Assembly (NCBI RefSeq): GCF_001194135.2 | Contig: NC_068994.1 | Coordinates: forward strand, 18,393,962 to 18,457,961 | DNA length: 64,000 nt | From: Octopus bimaculoides | Lineage: Eukaryota | Direction of reading: 5' to 3' | In this document: positions 61,629-64,000 of the stretch, piece after piece | Layout: each line of letters opens with the position of its first letter | Numbering within the stretch: the first letter of the stretch is position 1 | Translations under genes and position numbers: made by a program | The notes under the pieces: model-generated | The model's input: the letters and a program-made list of their open reading frames with translations, nothing else | Databases searched by the model: none | Told to the model about the DNA's origin: nothing

Positions 61629-61862
61629 GAGCTGACAGAATCATTGGCATGTTAGGCAAAATACTTACGAGCACTTCTTCCGGCTCTTTATGTTCTGAGT
61701 TCAAATCCTGATGAGGTCAACTCTGTTTTTCACCTTTTTGGGGGATAATGGAATAAAGACCAGTGAAGTACTGCTGTTAATGTAATCAGCTATTCCCCTC
61801 TCCTTTAAATTGCTGGCCATATGCCAAAATTTGAAACAGTTATCATCATAATTATTATTATT

Positions 61863-61896
<34 letters not shown>

Positions 61897-63440
61897 GTAT
61901 TATTATTATGGCAGCAGTGAGCTGATACAATTGTTAGCATGTCAGACAAAATGTTTAGCAGCATTTCTCCTGACTCATTATATTCTGAGTTCAAATTCTG
62001 CCCAGATCAACTTTACACTTCATCCTTTCAGATTTAATAGAGTAAGTACCAGTTGAGCACTGTGGTTGATGTAATTCACTAGCTACCCTTCCCCTGAAAT
62101 TTCAAGCCATCTGCTAGTAGAAGAAAGAATTATTATTAGGGCAGCAGAGTGCCAGAAAATGTAGAATGCCAGATTTAATATTCTACAGTATGTAGTTAAA
62201 TCATGTTGAATTCAAATACCACTAGAACTGACTCTGTCTCACATTTCTCCAGGGTTGATGAAATAAGTACTGGGCACATATTGGGATTGATATAATCATT
62301 TATACAACCAAACACATGTGTGACTTGGCAATAGTTAGTTACATCCTGGCCAAGAGCATATCTGCCTTTCATTATTAAGGTGAGAATAAATGTGAAGTCT
62401 ATTAAATAGCTAATTTCCCACCAACTAATTTGTGGTCTTCAGCTTGTATTAGAAATTGTTATAATTATAATTATTAGGGCAGCGAGCTAGCAGAATCGTT
62501 AGCAAGCTGGGCAAAATGCTTAGTGGCATTTCATCTGTCTTTACCATTTGAGTTTAAATTCTGCTGAGGTTGACTTTGCCTTTCATCCTTTCGGTGTCAA
62601 TGAAATAAGTACAAGTTACACACTGGGGCTGATGTAATCGACTAGTCCCCCTCCCACCAAATTCCAGGCCTTGTGCCTATAATAGAAAGGATTATTATTA
62701 TTACGAAGGTGGTGAGCTGGCAGAACTGTTACAGCAGCAGACAATGCCTAGTGGTGTATCTTATTACTCATTATTTTCAAATTTTGCTGGAGTCAACTTC
62801 ACTTTTCAGCCAACCAGGATCAATAAAATAAAGTACTAATCAAATATTGCAGTTGATGCAATCAGCTAACTCCTCCCCTTGAAAATGCTGGCCTAGTGCC
62901 AAAATTTGAAACAAACCATTATTAAGACAGTGAGCTGGCAGAATTCTTAGTGCATTGGACGAAACGCTCAACAGCATATCTTCTGACTCTTTACATTATG
63001 AGTTCAAATTCCACTGAGATCAATTTTGTCTTTCATCTTCTCGGGGTTGACAAAATAAGTATCAGTCAAACATTGGGGGTCAATGTAATTGCCTAGCCCC
63101 TCTCCCAAAATTTCAGGCCTTGTGCCTATAGTAGAAAGGATTATCATCATCATCATTATTGAAGACAGCAAGCTGGCAGAATTGTTAGGATACCAGGCGA
63201 AATGCTTAGCAGCATTTCATCTGTCACTACGTTCTGAGTTCAAATTCCGCCGAGGTTGACTTTGCCTTTCATCCTTTTGGGGTTGATAAAATAAGTACTT
63301 GTTGAACACTGAGGTCAATGTAATTGACTTAACCCTTCCCTCAAAATTGCTGCCCTTATGGCAAAATTAGAAACCATTATCATTATTATTATTACTATTA
63401 TTATTATTATTATTATCATTATTATTATCATTATTATTAT
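61629..63440 (+). mobile_element. Head-to-tail cluster of ~7 SINE-C copies
   Basis: GAGCTGGCAGAA-type heads at ~61629, 61910, 62139, 62477, 62707, 62924 and 63161, most preceded by the (ATT/ATC)n tail of the previous copy. Confidence 0.85.
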
Positions 63441-64000
63441 TTATTCTTGTTACTACTGATATTTATTCACACCTGTAACAAAAACCATAGAAGGTATTCC
63501 CTTCGGATTTTTCAATGTTCTAACTTCAAACAAGAGGTTTTAAATCTTCCAGGGGGAACTGTTGTAGCTGTAGGAAATCATACTCATTTTATAGTTGCAT
63601 GACTTCAGAGACTCATTAAAATTTCGAAATTTGAATAAATTTTTACGATGTTTTACAAACAGATGTCATATTAAGTGCTCGGGAACAAAAATTAATCCCT
63701 TTTGCTTTACATTTGGCTGAAGCAATATTTAAAGCAATGCTAGAAGTAGGGCCTCTAAAACCACAACATATAAACTATCAGAATTCAATAATTATTTTTT
63801 ATGATTGGTTTCTCTAATTAAATAAACTCGTGTTTACTAATTAAAAGTTGGATTCACTTTTACTTTTAACATAAGGTAATATTTTTCTTTTGTTTTTGGA
63901 AGGAAGAGTATAATTGATTAGATCAGGGGTTCTCAACCAGTTTTTTTTTTATTTATGGACTCCTTTGATTACTATTATATTCTGATGGACCTCCATAACC

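Overview
AT-rich, repeat-dense eukaryotic genomic DNA, most likely from an octopus. That is inferred from the tRNA-derived SINE families, which resemble the OR/OK-type octopus SINEs as recalled, not database-checked. The only secure host gene is a minus-strand neuralized (neur/NEURL1) E3 ligase: one 495-nt exon (1249-1743) encodes a complete NHR1 domain, and the NHR2/RING exons must lie left of the window. The rest appears to be its 5' introns and upstream region. Two candidate phase-compatible first coding exons lie at 9444-9687 and 57326-57347. The introns hold several tRNA-SINE families (labelled A-E here), RTE and CR1/Jockey-like LINE remnants, two internally deleted DD37D (maT) mariners, a pogo-like element, piggyBac-like and hAT-like MITEs, microsatellites and five N gaps. 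The most notable unexplained items are: (1) a minimal type I hammerhead ribozyme in sense orientation to the neuralized pre-mRNA (32130-32179); (2) a 5S rRNA head fused to a SINE tail, a SINE3 candidate (25138-25306); (3) three tandem decayed tRNA-Asn copies (47918-48167); (4) a ~400-bp foldback element (60604-61009); (5) inverted SINE pairs that could form ADAR substrates. Repeat boundaries were read by eye and are approximate unless a TSD or TIR is quoted.
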